Below are positions 20,840-32,302 of a DNA stretch of 64,000 bases, piece after piece. The position numbers were made by a program, and so were the translations under genes. Numbering within the stretch: position 1 is the first letter of the stretch; every line of letters begins with the position of its first letter. The stretch is from an uncultured delta proteobacterium (GTDB lineage: Bacteria; Myxococcota; Myxococcia; Myxococcales; Anaeromyxobacteraceae), in the NCBI GenBank assembly GCA_963766715.1, contig CAVYBH010000015.1, forward strand, positions 1 through 64,000, in the 5' to 3' direction. Under the pieces are notes generated by a model. That model ran no database searches and was not told where the DNA came from. It was given only the letters and a program-made list of their open reading frames with translations.

Positions 20840-22004
20840 GCGGCAGGTCGAGCGCGGAGATCAGTCCTGCGCCGGCGGCGCACACCGCCGGGATCGCGTG
20901 GACGGCCCTCATCCCGGTGGCGAGGCAACCGGCGCGATTGGCGTCCCGCGTGGCCGCGTCGCGCAGCGCCGTCTCCTGCTCGATGCAGGGCTCGCCGTCG
21001 ACGACCACCCGGTACACGTCGTGCTCGTACATCTTCCCCTTCGGCCAGTGCGGCGCCGCCGCCTTCGTCACCCGGTTGCAGTGCTCGAGGACGATCCGCG
21101 GCTCACCGGCGACCCAGCCGCGGATCTCGAATCGCACCGCCGCGCAGCAGCCAGCCGGGATCACGCCGTGCTCGTAGCGGATCTCCTCGGGGGTGGCCCA
21201 CTTCTCCCAGGTCGAGTCGATCTTCTCCAGGCGGACGCCCATGGCGTCGGCCATCATCGGGACCGTCATGCCCCATCCGAACTGCAGCACCTCGGGCTCC
21301 TCGAGGATGGCGCGGTAGTCCATCGGCTGGCCCAGCCCCATCGGCTTGTAGTCGCCGGCGTAGGACGAGTAGTCGAGGATCTCCTGGACCCGCACGCGAT
21401 CGACCCGCCCGCAGACGCCCATGAGCGTCATGGGGAGCAGGTCGTTCGCGAAGCCGGGATCGATCCCCGTCGTGAAGCAGGTGCGGCCGGTGCGCCGGCA
21501 GACCTCCTCGAGCGTGCCGGCGATGGCGGCCGGGCACTCCTTCGGGTAGACGAGCGGCGTCATCGACGTGGAGACGACGTCCTTGCCCATCTCCATGCAG
21601 AGCGTCAGGTTCGAGAGGTTCTCGGCGAGGAACTGCGCGGTCGGGCCGAAGTAGGCGACCGCGTGCGCCTCCCGCGACAGCACCGCGCGGGCGTCCCGCG
21701 ACGCCGCGAGTCCCACCGGCGCGACCCCGCACAGCGTGCCCACGTCCACGCCGTCCTTCTCGGGGGAATTCACGATCACGCCCACCAGCTCGAAGCGGGG
21801 GTGGTCGAGCAGGATCCGCACCACCTGCCGGCCCACGAAGCCCGTGCCCCAGACGATCACCTTGTAGCGGGGGGCGTCGCGGACGAGCACCTTCTCCCGG
21901 CCACCCGGGAAGCCCTTCCCCGACTTCAGGAGGAGCAGGAAGCCGAGCAGCTGCGCTTGCCGGTCCAGCACGCGGGTCTTCCAGGAACGGAGGCCTTCGA
22001 GCAC
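20790..22004 (-). CDS. DapB-like NAD(P)H-dependent amine dehydrogenase family protein (2,4-diaminopentanoate dehydrogenase-like)
   Basis: RBS GAAGGAG; VIVWGTGFVG, EKDGVDVG, TGIDPGFANDLLP, EILDY, ATGMRAVHAIPAVC. Confidence 0.8.
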   Translation of the reverse strand: MLEGLRSWKTRVLDRQAQLLGFLLLLKSGKGFPGGREKVLVRDAPRYKVIVWGTGFVGRQVVRILLDHPRFELVGVIVNSPEKDGVDVGTLCGVAPVGLAASRDARAVLSREAHAVAYFGPTAQFLAENLSNLTLCMEMGKDVVSTSMTPLVYPKECPAAIAGTLEEVCRRTGRTCFTTGIDPGFANDLLPMTLMGVCGRVDRVRVQEILDYSSYAGDYKPMGLGQPMDYRAILEEPEVLQFGWGMTVPMMADAMGVRLEKIDSTWEKWATPEEIRYEHGVIPAGCCAAVRFEIRGWVAGEPRIVLEHCNRVTKAAAPHWPKGKMYEHDVYRVVVDGEPCIEQETALRDAATRDANRAGCLATGMRAVHAIPAVCAAGAGLISALDLPLIPGFGNIRDGQAAPR

Positions 22005-22119
22005 GTTCTTTCTCCTTCGACGATCGGGTCCACACGGGGCTGCGGGCGCCCCGTGGCCCCACTATGAGTCCTACCTCGCCCTTTTGCACGACCCGATGCG
22101 GGGCGTGGGTGGAGGAGAC

Positions 22120-22513
22120 ATGAAGAGCCGATCGAAAGGCCCATCTCCCTCCGAGCTGATCGACGCCAGGATCGAGGAGCTGGGCGACTGGCGGGGCAAG
22201 GCGCTCTCCCGTGTGCGCAGCCTGATCCTGCAGGCGGACCCCGAGGTGGTCGAGGAGTGGAAGTGGAGAGGCGTCCCCGTGTGGTCTCACGACGGGATGA
22301 TCTGCACCGGCGAGACCTACAAGGAGGTCGTGAAGCTGACCTTCTTCAAGGGCGCCTCGTTGAAGGACCCCTCACGCCTCTTCAACGCCAGCCTCGACGG
22401 CAAGGCCAGGCGCGCCATCGACCTGCGCGAAGGGCGAGAAGATCGACGGGAAGGCGCTGAAGGCCCTCGTCCGCGCCGCCGTCGATCTGAACCAATCCGC
22501 GGCGCGCAGCTAG
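22120..22513 (+). CDS. DUF1801 (YdhG-like) protein (frameshift near 22432)
   Basis: IDARIEELGDWRG, EEWKWRGVPVW, KLTFFKGASL, RRAID; then IDGKALKALVRAAVDLN in the shifted frame. Confidence 0.85.
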
Positions 22514-23507
22514 GGCGGCAGCGGGAAGCCGCGGGCGGCGAGCATCTCGAGGCTCTGCCGCCAGAGGCGCTCGCCGTTCCGGGGATCGGAGGATCGCGCA
22601 TCGGCTCCGGCCACGTGGCGCAGGTAGAGGTAGAGGCCGGTCCGGCCCTCGAGCGTCCGGCTGGCGGCGCAGTGGATGGCCGGCCACATCGCCACCTTCG
22701 GGTCGATGAAGTAGGCGGTCATGATCTTCCCGGCGAGTCCGCCCTCGCGGGAGATGTTGGTCCGGACGGCGCCCGGGCAGTACGAGAAGACCGACACGCC
22801 GGGCGTGCCGTCCGCGCGGACGAGCCGCCGCGCCAGCTCGCACGCGAAGGTCTGCACGTACAGCTTGCTGTGGCCGTACCAGGTCGTGCCCTCCAGGAGG
22901 CCGAAGTCCGGGAACTGCCCGAACCGCTCGAAGTCGATGGGCGGACACTGCCGGTGCGTCTCCGAGGAGGTGATCACCACCCTCGGCGCCGGACCCGCGT
23001 CCCCACGGGGCAGCACGCCGTCCGCGAGGAGCCGGTTCACGAGGAGGAAGCTGGCGAGGAAGTTCACCTGGAAGAGCTCGGCGAGGCCGTCCCGCGTGAG
23101 CCGGTTCCCGAGCGGCGCGACGCCGGCGTTGCTGACGAGGAGGTCGAGCCTCACCCCGTCGCGCAGCGAGCCCGTCGCAGAGCGCCGTCACGCTGGCGAG
23201 GTCCGAGAGGTCGAGCGGGCGCTGGGAGACGTCCGGGTTGCCGCTCTCGCGCCGGATCGCGTCCGTCGAGCCCGTCGTGCCCCGCGCGGCAGGCGAGGAT
23301 GACGCGGCAGCCGCGCCTGGCCAGCTCCGGCGCGATGGCGCGACCCAGGCCCGAGCTCGGGCCCGTGACGAGGCACGTCTTCCCGTCCAGGCGGTCGGCC
23401 TCGGTGAGCGGCGGCAGCGTGCTCCGCTCGCGGTGATGATCGAGGACGGCCTTCAGCCCCGAGAAGATGGGGTCAATCCTGCCGGGAGTCCGCGGTCGGA
23501 AGAGCAT
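22510..23507 (-). CDS. Short-chain dehydrogenase/reductase, retinol-dehydrogenase-like (frameshifted around 23150-23270)
   Basis: [49 protein letters not shown]. Confidence 0.8.
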
Positions 23508-23641
23508 GGCGAAGGACGGGCGCGACCATACCCCAGGCGATCCCGGGCGGCACCCTCTTCAGGGTTCGCCCTTCGGGGCAACCCAAGCTCCGGCTGGCTT
23601 TGGTTCCCTCCCGGGCGAAGGCTACCGAGGGGGGAACAGGC

Positions 23642-26087
23642 ATGAACTCCGTCCATGCGCGGTGCGTGCGTGCATTGCTGTCCTCGATTCTCGTCTTCGC
23701 GGGTCAGCCGGCGGCGGCCGCTCCTGCAGCACCCGCGGTGCCGCTCGATCGAACCGTGCTGCCCATCCCGGAGCCGACCTACCCGCACATCACCGAGATC
23801 GACGCGCGGAAGGCCACCTCGCCGCCGCGCTTCGAGGTGAAGGCCCCGGCCGGCGCGCCCAACGTGCTCCTCATCCTCATCGACGACATGGGCTTCGGCA
23901 TGCCGAGCGCGTTCGGCGGGCCCATCCACATGCCGACGGCCGATCGGCTCGCGGGCGGCGGGCTGCGCTTCAACCAGTTCCACACCACGGCCCTCTGCTC
24001 GCCCACGCGCGTGGCGCTCCTCTCCGGCCGCAACCACCACACGAACAACATGGGCGCGGATCACCGAGATGGCCACGGCCTTCCCCGGGAAACACCGGCA
24101 AGCGCCCCGACAGCGTGGCCCCGCTCGCCGAGATGCTGCGGCTGAACGGCTACAGCACCGCCTTCTACGGGAAGAACCACGAGACGCCCACGTGGGAGAT
24201 CAGCCCCTCCGGCCCGACCACGCGCTGGCCGAACCGCTCCGGGTTCGACGAGTTCTACGGCTTCATGGGCGCCGAGACCAACCAGTGGTCGCCGTTCCTC
24301 TACCACAACCAGGCGCCGATCCGAGTTCCCGGCGATCCCGAGCTACCACTTCATGAACGACATGACGAACAAGGCCATCGCCTGGATGCAGTTCCAGAAG
24401 GCGCTGACGCCGGATCGGCCGTTCTTCATGTACTTCGCGCCGGGCGCCACGCACGCGCCCCACCACGTCCCGAAGGAGTGGATCGCGAAGTACCAGGGCA
24501 GGTTCGACAAGGGCTGGGACGCCATGCGGGAGGAGACCCTCGCCCGCCAGATCCAGCTCGGCGTCGTCCCGCCCGGCACGAAGCTCGCGCCGAAGCCCGA
24601 GGCGATCAAGGACTGGAACAAGCTCTCCGCCGACGAGAAGAAGCTCTTCTCCCGGCAGATGGAGATCTACGCCGCCTTCGCCGAGTACACCGACACCGAG
24701 ATCGGCCGGCTCGTCGACGCGCTCCGGGACATCGGGCAGTTCGAGGACACGCTCGTCGTCTACATCCTCGGCGACAACGGCACGAGCGCCGAGGGCGGCA
24801 TGAACGGGATGTTCAACGAGATGACCTGGGCGAACGGCGTCGACGAGACCGTCCCGGACATCCTGAAGCACTTCGACGAGCTGGGCGGGCCGCTGTCGTA
24901 CCCGCACATGTCCGCCGGCTGGGCCGTCGCGGGTGACGCGCCGTTCACCTGGACGAAGCAGGTGGCCTCCAACTTCGGCGGCACGCGGAACGGGATGATC
25001 GTCCACTGGCCGAGCCGGATCCGGGCGAAGGGGGAGATTCGCTCGCAGTTCCACCACGTCATCGACGTGGCGCCGACCGTCCTCGAGGCGGCGGGGCTCC
25101 CGGAGCCGCGCAGCGTGAACGGGGTCGTCCAGAAGCCGATCGAGGGCGTCAGCATGGCCTACGCCTTCGACGACGCGAAGGCGGCGAGCCGGCACCGGAT
25201 CCAGTACTTCGAGATGATCGGCAACCGCGCCATCTACGCCGACGGCTGGTTCGCCGGAACCGTCCACAAGCTTCCCTGGGCGCAGAGAGCCGCTCACCAC
25301 CCTCGCCGACGACCGCTGGGAGCTCTACGACACGCGCAGCGATTTCAGCCTGGCGAACGACCTCGCGGCGAGGAACCCGGCCAAGCTGAAGGAGCTTCAG
25401 GCGCTCTTCCTCACCGAGGCGGTGAAGTACGACGTGCTTCCCATCGACGACCGGCTCATCGAGCGGCTCAACTCGAAGCTGGCCGGTCGGCCCGACCTCA
25501 TGGGCGACCGGATGTCGCTCACGTTGCACGCCGGCATGACGGGGATGACCGAGGACGCCTTCATCAACGTGAAGAACCGCTCCTTCTCCATCACGGCGGA
25601 TCTGGAGATCCCGCCCGGCGGCGCGAACGGAGTCGTCGTGGTCCAGGGCGGCCGGTTCGGCGGATGGAGCTTCTACGTGAAGGACGGGAAGCTTGCCTAC
25701 ACCTACAACTTCCTGGGCCTTCAGCGGAACACGATCACCTCGGCGAGGCCGCTGCCGGCCGGCCCGGTCACGGCCCGGATGGACTTCGCCTACGACGGCG
25801 GGGGCGTCGCCCGGGGCGGCGTCGTCTCGCTCTACGTGAAGGGTGAGAAGGTCGGCGAGGGGCGCGTCGATCGCACGCAGCCGTACGGCTTCTCGGTCGA
25901 GGACGGCGCCGACGTCGGCGTGGACACCTGCACCCCGGTGATCGAGGACTACCAGCCGAGCAGCACGAGGTTCACGGGCACCATCCGGAAGGTGGTGGTG
26001 GACGTGAAGGAGATGACGGCGGGCGAGAAGGCCGCGGCGAAGCAGGCCGCTGCCGAGGGAGCCCGGAAGGTCGAGGAGGCGAACTAG
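23642..26087 (+). CDS. Arylsulfatase 1, Cys-type, exported (frameshifts near 24060-24090, 24340, 25290)
   Basis: Signal peptide; [44 protein letters not shown]-terminal LamG-like domain. Confidence 0.9.
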
Positions 26088-26119
26088 CGGCGCAAGGGGG
26101 AACGGACATGGGACCAGTC

Positions 26120-28547
26120 ATGACGGGGCGTGCACTTGGACTCCTCTCCGCGCTCGTGATCGGCGCGGCCCAGCTGGCGGAGGCCGCACCGCCGCGCGGC
26201 GACGAAGCTCGACCGCACGGTGTTGCCCATCCCGGAGCCGACCTATCCGCCCATCACCGAGCTCGACGCGCGCAAGGCCACCCCGCCGCCGCGCTTCGAG
26301 GTGAAGGCGCCTGCCGGCGCACCCAACGTGCTGCTCATCCTCATCGACGACATGGGCTTCGGCATGCCGAGCGCGTTCGGCGGCCCCATCCACATGCCGA
26401 CCGCGGACCGGCTGGCGAGCGACGGGCTCCGCTACAGCCAGTTCCACACCACTGCCCTGTGCTCGCCCACGCGCACCGCCCTGCTGAGCGGCCGCAACCA
26501 CCACACGAACAACATGGGCGCGGTCACGGAGATGGCCACGGCCTTCCCCGGGAACACGGGCCAGCGGCCCGACAGCGTGGCGCCGCTCGCCGAGATGCTG
26601 CGGCTGAACGGCTACAGCACCGCCTTCTACGGGAAGAACCACGAGACGCCGACGTGGGAGATCAGCCCCTCCGGCCCGACCACGCGCTGGCCGAACCGTT
26701 CCGGCTTCGACGAGTTCTACGGGTTCATGGGCGGCGAGACGAACCAGTGGGCGCCGCTCGTCTACCACAATCTCACGCCGATCGAGCTTCCCAGGGACCC
26801 CAAGTACCACTTCATGAACGACATGACGAACCAGGCCATCGCCTGGATGCAGTTCCAGAAGGCGCTGACGCCGGATCGGCCGTTCTTCATGTACTTCGCG
26901 CCGGGCGCCACGCACGCGCCCCACCACGTCCCGAAGGAGTGGATCGCGAAGTACAAGGGCAAGTTCGACAAGGGCTGGGACGTGATGCGGCAGGAGACGC
27001 TCGCCCGCCAGATCAAGCTCGGCGTGGTCCCGCCCGGCACGAAGCTCGCCCCCAAGCCGGACGCGATCAAGGACTGGGACAAGCTGTCGGCCGACGAGAA
27101 GAGGCTCTTCGCCCGCCAGATGGAGGTCTACGCCGCCTTCGCCGAGTACGCGGACGTGGAGATCGGCCGGCTGGTCGCCGCGCTTAAGGAGACCGGGCAG
27201 TACGACGACACGCTCGTCTTCTACATCCTGGGCGACAACGGCACGAGCGCCGAGGGGGGCATGATCGGCCTCTTCAACGAGATGACCTTCCTGAACGGCG
27301 TGGACGAGTCGATCCAGGACATCCTGAAGCACTACGACGAGCTGGGCGGGCCGATGTCGTTCCCCCACATGGCGGCGGGCTGGGCGATCGCGGGCGATAC
27401 CCCGTTCACCTGGGCCAAGCAGATCGCTTCCAACTTCGGCGGCACGCGCAACGGCATGGTCGTCAGCTGGCCGAGGCGCATCCAGGCGAAGGGGGAGGTG
27501 CGCTCGCAGTTCCACCACGTCATCGACGTGGCGCCGACCGTCCTCGAGGCGGCCGGACTTCCCGAGCCCAGGAGCGTGAACGGCGTGGCCCAGAAGCCAA
27601 TCGAGGGCGTCGGCATGGCCTACACCTTCGACGACCCGAAGGCCGAGAGCCGGCGCAAGGTCCAGTACTTCGAGATGTTCGCCAACCGGGCCATCTACGC
27701 CGACGGCTGGTTCGCCGGGACCGTGCACAAGGCGCCCTGGGAGGCGAGACCGCGCAAGGCGCTCCTCGAGGACACGTGGGAGCTCTACGACACGCGAAAC
27801 GACTTCAGCCTGGCGAACGACCTCGCGGCGCAGAACCCCGCCAAGCTGAAGGAGATGCAGGACCTCTTCATGACGGAGGCGGTCAAGTACAACGTCCTCC
27901 CCATCGACGACCGGTTCATCGATCGCTTCAACGCCAAGCTGTCCGGCCGTCCCGACCTGATGGGCGACCGGATGTCCCTCACCTTGCACCAGGGGATGAA
28001 GGGAATGCTGGAGGACGCCTTCATCAACGTGAAGAACCGCTCGGTGACCATCACCGCGGAGCTCGACGTCCCGAAGGGAGGCGCGAACGGGGTCCTCCTC
28101 GCCCAGGGCGGCCGGTTCGGCGGCTGGACCTTCCACATGACGGGCGGGAAGCTGGCCTACACCTACAACTACCTCGGGCTGCACCGGACGACCGTCTTCT
28201 CCCATGAGCCGGTGCCGGACGGGAAGGCGACGGTGCGGATGGACTTCGCCTACGACGGGGGCGGCATCGGCAAGGGCGGCGCCGTGTCCCTGTTCGTGAA
28301 TGGCAAGAAGGCCGGCGAGGGCCGGCTGGAACGGACCCAGCCGCTGGCCTTCTCCTCCGAGGATGGCACCGACGTCGGGATGGACCTGGGCACGCCGGTG
28401 GTCGAGGACTACCAGCCCGCGAGCACGAGGTTCACGGGCACCATCCACAAGGTGGTGGTGGACGTGAGCCCCCTGGGCGCGGGCGAGAAGGCCGAGATGA
28501 AGAAGGCCGGCGCCGAGACCGCCAGGAAGATCGAGGCGTCCCAGTAG
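26120..28547 (+). CDS. Arylsulfatase 2, Cys-type, exported (frameshift near 26200, after the signal peptide)
   Basis: Same motifs ([16 protein letters not shown]); close paralogue of arylsulfatase 1. Alternative start at 26108. Confidence 0.92.
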
Positions 28548-28552
28548 GAGAT

Positions 28553-28569
28553 CGGCGTTCGATACGCCG
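28553..28569. terminator. Hairpin between convergent genes
   Basis: CGGCGT-TCGAT-ACGCCG. Confidence 0.3.
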
Positions 28570-29253
28570 TCACTTCAGGTCGACGAGGATTCCCTCGAAC
28601 CGGGCACCGGTGTTCTCGACCGTGTGGGACAGGGCCGGCCGGTAGCGGGCCGCGCGGGCCTTCCCGGAGATCTCGGCCACCTTGCCATCCGGCGTGGTCT
28701 GCCGGGCCCGCGCGTCGGTGAGGAGGATCTGGACGCCGGCCGGATGTTCGTGCATCGGGGTCGTCTCCCCGGCGGGGATGACGTACCGGACGATCCGCAC
28801 GCGGTCGTTCTCGAACTCCAGCCGGTCCGTGCTCGTCACCTTCACCGCATCCCACTGCGGGGGTTTCCAGTCGGGGTTTGCGGGTCCCTTGGGCTCGACG
28901 AGGACGCCCTCGAAGGTGCTGGACCCGACGTTCACGACCTTGTGGACCGTCGGACCGCGCCAGGCAGCCGTCCCGGCCTTTGGGTGGATCACCGTGGTGC
29001 TCCCGTCCTGCGCGGTCACCTGCAGGTCCCCGTCGGTGAAGAACACGTTGACCTGGGCGGGGTGGGAGTGCATCGGCGCGGTCTCGCCGGGCGGGATGAC
29101 GTAGCGCACCACCCGGACCACATCGTTCTCGGACTCCACCTTGTGGTGGGTGGGGTCCGCCCGGGGAGAGTCCAGGTCGTCGGCCGCTCTGGCGGATCCG
29201 CCCGCGAGCGCGGCCACGATCACGGAAGTGAGGGCAGCAGTCGTGCGTCGCAT
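28570..29253 (-). CDS. Exported bicupin protein
   Basis: Signal peptide; internal duplication ENDVVRVVRYVIPPGETAPMHSHP / ENDRVRIVRYVIPAGETTPMHEHP, each followed by HxVxN. Confidence 0.82.
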   Translation of the reverse strand: MRRTTAALTSVIVAALAGGSARAADDLDSPRADPTHHKVESENDVVRVVRYVIPPGETAPMHSHPAQVNVFFTDGDLQVTAQDGSTTVIHPKAGTAAWRGPTVHKVVNVGSSTFEGVLVEPKGPANPDWKPPQWDAVKVTSTDRLEFENDRVRIVRYVIPAGETTPMHEHPAGVQILLTDARARQTTPDGKVAEISGKARAARYRPALSHTVENTGARFEGILVDLK

Positions 29254-29325
29254 GTTCCAAGCCTCCTGCCCCGCGCGATTAACGTGCGGGAACGGAGGGC
29301 TCGGGGCCTTTGGGGGCGTAAGCGG

Positions 29326-31662
29326 TCACTTCCCGAGGTCGATCGTCACCTTGTCGAGGTGGCCCGTGAACCGGAAGGGGACGTCGTAGGTGAGATTCAC
29401 CGGCGTTCCGGTGTCCTCACCCACGTCGAGCCCCTCGTCGAGCGAGAAGCGGAACGGGATGGTCTTCTCGATCCGCCCCTCGGCCACCTTCTCGCCGTCC
29501 ACCTTCATCGTCGCGACCCCGCTGCCCCCGATGCCGCCGCCGTACTGGAAGGCGAGGACGAGGGTGTGCTTGCCGGGACCCAGTGCGGCGGGTGAAGCAA
29601 CGGTGGCGTGGTGCACGTTGGCGGTGTTGTAGAAGAAGACCGGCCTGCCCTTCTCGAGGTACAGCGCCCAGCCGCCGAACAGTCCACCCTGGGTGACGAC
29701 CACGCCCTCGGCCGGGGCCTTCGCGAGGTCGACCTTCGCCGTGATCGTGAACGACTTGTTCTTCACGTCGGGCGCGGCGCTCTCCGGAATGCGGACCATC
29801 CCGCCCGCGTAGGAGAACGACGTGCGGCCGCGCGTGAGGCTGGGCCGGATCGTCGTGTCGAAGCGCTCGACCTTCCTGTTGTCGAGGGGGAGCACGTTGC
29901 GGCGCGCCGCCTCCACGAGGAAGAGCTCCTGCATGCTGCGGAGCCTCTCGGGCTGGGACGCCGCGAGGTTCTCCGCCTCGCTGAAGTCCTTCGACGTGTC
30001 GTACAGCTCCCACGCGTAGCCGGTGATCACGTCGGGCATGGGGCCCGGCGGCTGCCAGGGCATGAACTGCGGCGTCGTCGCCGCCACCCACCCGTCCCGG
30101 TAGATGGCGCGATCGCCTGCGATCTCGAAGTACTGCGTGCGATGGGTCGAGGGCGCCTTCGCGTCCGCGAAGGAGTAGACCATGCTGACTCCCTCGACGG
30201 GCTTCTGTGCCACGCCGTTCACCGACTCGGGCATGGCCAGCCCCACGGCCTCGAGGACGGTCGGCGCCACGTCCACGACGTGGTGCCACTGGGAGCGGAG
30301 GCCGCCCCGGTCCTGGATCCGCGCGGGCCAGGAGATCACCATGCCGTTCCGGGTGCCGCCGTAGTGCGACGCGACCTGCTTCGTCCACTGGAACGGGGTG
30401 TCCATGGCGTGGGCCCATCCGACCGGGTAGTGGTTGTAGGTCTTCCAGGTGCCGAGATCGTCGATCTGGGCGAGCACCTTGGCGGGGTCCTCGGCGATCC
30501 CGTTCATCCAGGTCACCTCGTTGGCCAGCCCGTGCAGGCCGCCCTCGGCGCTCGCGCCGTTGTCGCCGGCGATGTAGACGACGAGCGTGTTGTCGAGCTG
30601 CCCCTCCTCCCGGATGGCGTCGATGACCCGGCCGACGTTGTGGTCCGTCTGCTCCAGGTAGCCCGCGTAGATCTCCATCATCCGGGCGCCGAGCTTCCTC
30701 TGGTTGGCGTCGAGCGACGCCCAGGACTGGATCACGCTGGGACGCGGAGTGAGCTTCGTGCTGGCGGGAACGACGCCGAGCTTCTTCTGCCGGGCGAGGG
30801 TCTCCTCGCGGACGACGTCCCAGCCCTGGTCGAACTTCCCCCGGTACTTCTCGACCCATTCCTTCCTGGGGTGGTGCGGCGCATGGGTGGCGCCTGGCGC
30901 GTAGTAGACGAGGAAGGGCCGGTCGGGAGCCACGGCCTTCTGCATGTGGATCCACTCGATGGCCTTGTCGGCCATGTCGTAGTCGAAGTTGTAGTCGGGC
31001 TTCCCCTGGTACGGCTCGATGGGCTTCGTGCCCTCGGTGACCGATGGGCGCCACTGGCTCGTGTCCCCGCCGATGAACCCGTAGAAGTGCTCGAAGCCCA
31101 GCCCGCTCGGCCACAGGTCGAACGGTCCGGCCTGGCTCGTCTGCCAGTCGGGGACGTTGTGGTTCTTCCCGAACCAGGCCGTGTTCCAGCCGCTCTGCCT
31201 CAGGACCTCCGCGATGGTGGCGGTGTCCCGCTGCATCAGCGAGTCGTAGCCCGGGTATCCGGTCGAGACCTCCATGACGACGCCGGTGTGCGCGGAGTGG
31301 TGGTTGCGCCCGGTGAGGAGCGCCGCCCGCGTCGGCGAGCAGAGGGCCGTGGTGTGGAACTGGTTGTAGCGGAGGCCTTCCTGCGCGAGGCGGTCGAGGG
31401 TCGGCGTGTGGGCGGGGCCGCCGAACGTGCTCGTCGCGCCGAACCCGACGTCGTCGAGGAGCACGAGGAGGACGTTGGGTGCGCCCTTGGGTGCCTGGAG
31501 CGGCTGCGGGAAGTCGGGCCGGGAGTCCTTCGCCGAGAGCCCGATCTCCCCCTTGAAGGGCGGAGGCGCCTTCGGGAGCACCTGCTGGGCACGCGTGGGA
31601 CCGGCGACGAGGACGAGTCCGAAGGCAGCGAGACGGACTGCCACCGCGATGCGCGCGTTCAT
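29326..31662 (-). CDS. Arylsulfatase 3, Cys-type, exported
   Basis: Intact 778-aa ORF; PNVLLVLLDDVGFG, LCSPTRAALLTGRNHH, GKNH, HAPHH, GDNG. Confidence 0.93.
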   Translation of the reverse strand: MNARIAVAVRLAAFGLVLVAGPTRAQQVLPKAPPPFKGEIGLSAKDSRPDFPQPLQAPKGAPNVLLVLLDDVGFGATSTFGGPAHTPTLDRLAQEGLRYNQFHTTALCSPTRAALLTGRNHHSAHTGVVMEVSTGYPGYDSLMQRDTATIAEVLRQSGWNTAWFGKNHNVPDWQTSQAGPFDLWPSGLGFEHFYGFIGGDTSQWRPSVTEGTKPIEPYQGKPDYNFDYDMADKAIEWIHMQKAVAPDRPFLVYYAPGATHAPHHPRKEWVEKYRGKFDQGWDVVREETLARQKKLGVVPASTKLTPRPSVIQSWASLDANQRKLGARMMEIYAGYLEQTDHNVGRVIDAIREEGQLDNTLVVYIAGDNGASAEGGLHGLANEVTWMNGIAEDPAKVLAQIDDLGTWKTYNHYPVGWAHAMDTPFQWTKQVASHYGGTRNGMVISWPARIQDRGGLRSQWHHVVDVAPTVLEAVGLAMPESVNGVAQKPVEGVSMVYSFADAKAPSTHRTQYFEIAGDRAIYRDGWVAATTPQFMPWQPPGPMPDVITGYAWELYDTSKDFSEAENLAASQPERLRSMQELFLVEAARRNVLPLDNRKVERFDTTIRPSLTRGRTSFSYAGGMVRIPESAAPDVKNKSFTITAKVDLAKAPAEGVVVTQGGLFGGWALYLEKGRPVFFYNTANVHHATVASPAALGPGKHTLVLAFQYGGGIGGSGVATMKVDGEKVAEGRIEKTIPFRFSLDEGLDVGEDTGTPVNLTYDVPFRFTGHLDKVTIDLGK

Positions 31663-31830
31663 GGTTCCCCCCCGGGGATCGGGCGCGACGAGAGCGCCGA
31701 TCTTACGCCTCGACCCTGGACCGATTGGGCTCCCGGGAGGGCGCCCTCGAAGGTCCCGGGCCCGTTCGGGTCGCCTCGTCTCAGGGCTTCTTCGATCAGT
31801 TTTCCTTCACGATGTACGCGAGGACCCGTC

Positions 31831-32302
31831 TCACAGCGGGTGCAGCGGCGGGTAGCCCCGGTCGAGGCGGTAGTCGCGCCACACTTCCTCCAGCGAGTCC
31901 GGGCTCTCGTCGCCCAGCCGGGCGCTCTCGACCGCGGCCGCGACCTCCTTCCACCTCGATTTAGCCGGCCATGCCTTGGCGGCCTCGTCGAATCTCCCGG
32001 GATCGGGCGCGTGGTCGGGCCAGTGGCGCTCGTACCAGTCCAGCGCGGCGGCGGTCCCGTCGTGCTCGGCGGCGTGCTCGACGGCGCGCATGAGATTCGA
32101 ACTGCGTGGCCGGCACGAGGTCCACCAGCTGCTCGTGGGCGCCCCATCCCCGGTCCACCATGGCGAGCATCTCGGCACTCGGGGACTTGTCCTCCGATAG
32201 CCCGCGCGCCACGCGGGCGAACATCTGGGCGAGCTCGACGGCACGCTCCAGGGTTACCTGCAGGGAGGGGTTCGCCGCTTTACTGGGAAGGTCGACGTGC
32301 AT
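31831..32302 (-). CDS. Hypothetical helical protein (probable frameshift near 32092)
   Basis: RBS GGAGGAA before ATG 32302. MHVDLPSKAAN...QFES joins MRAVEHAAEH...YPPLHPL; protein-like composition, no family recognised. Confidence 0.5.
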
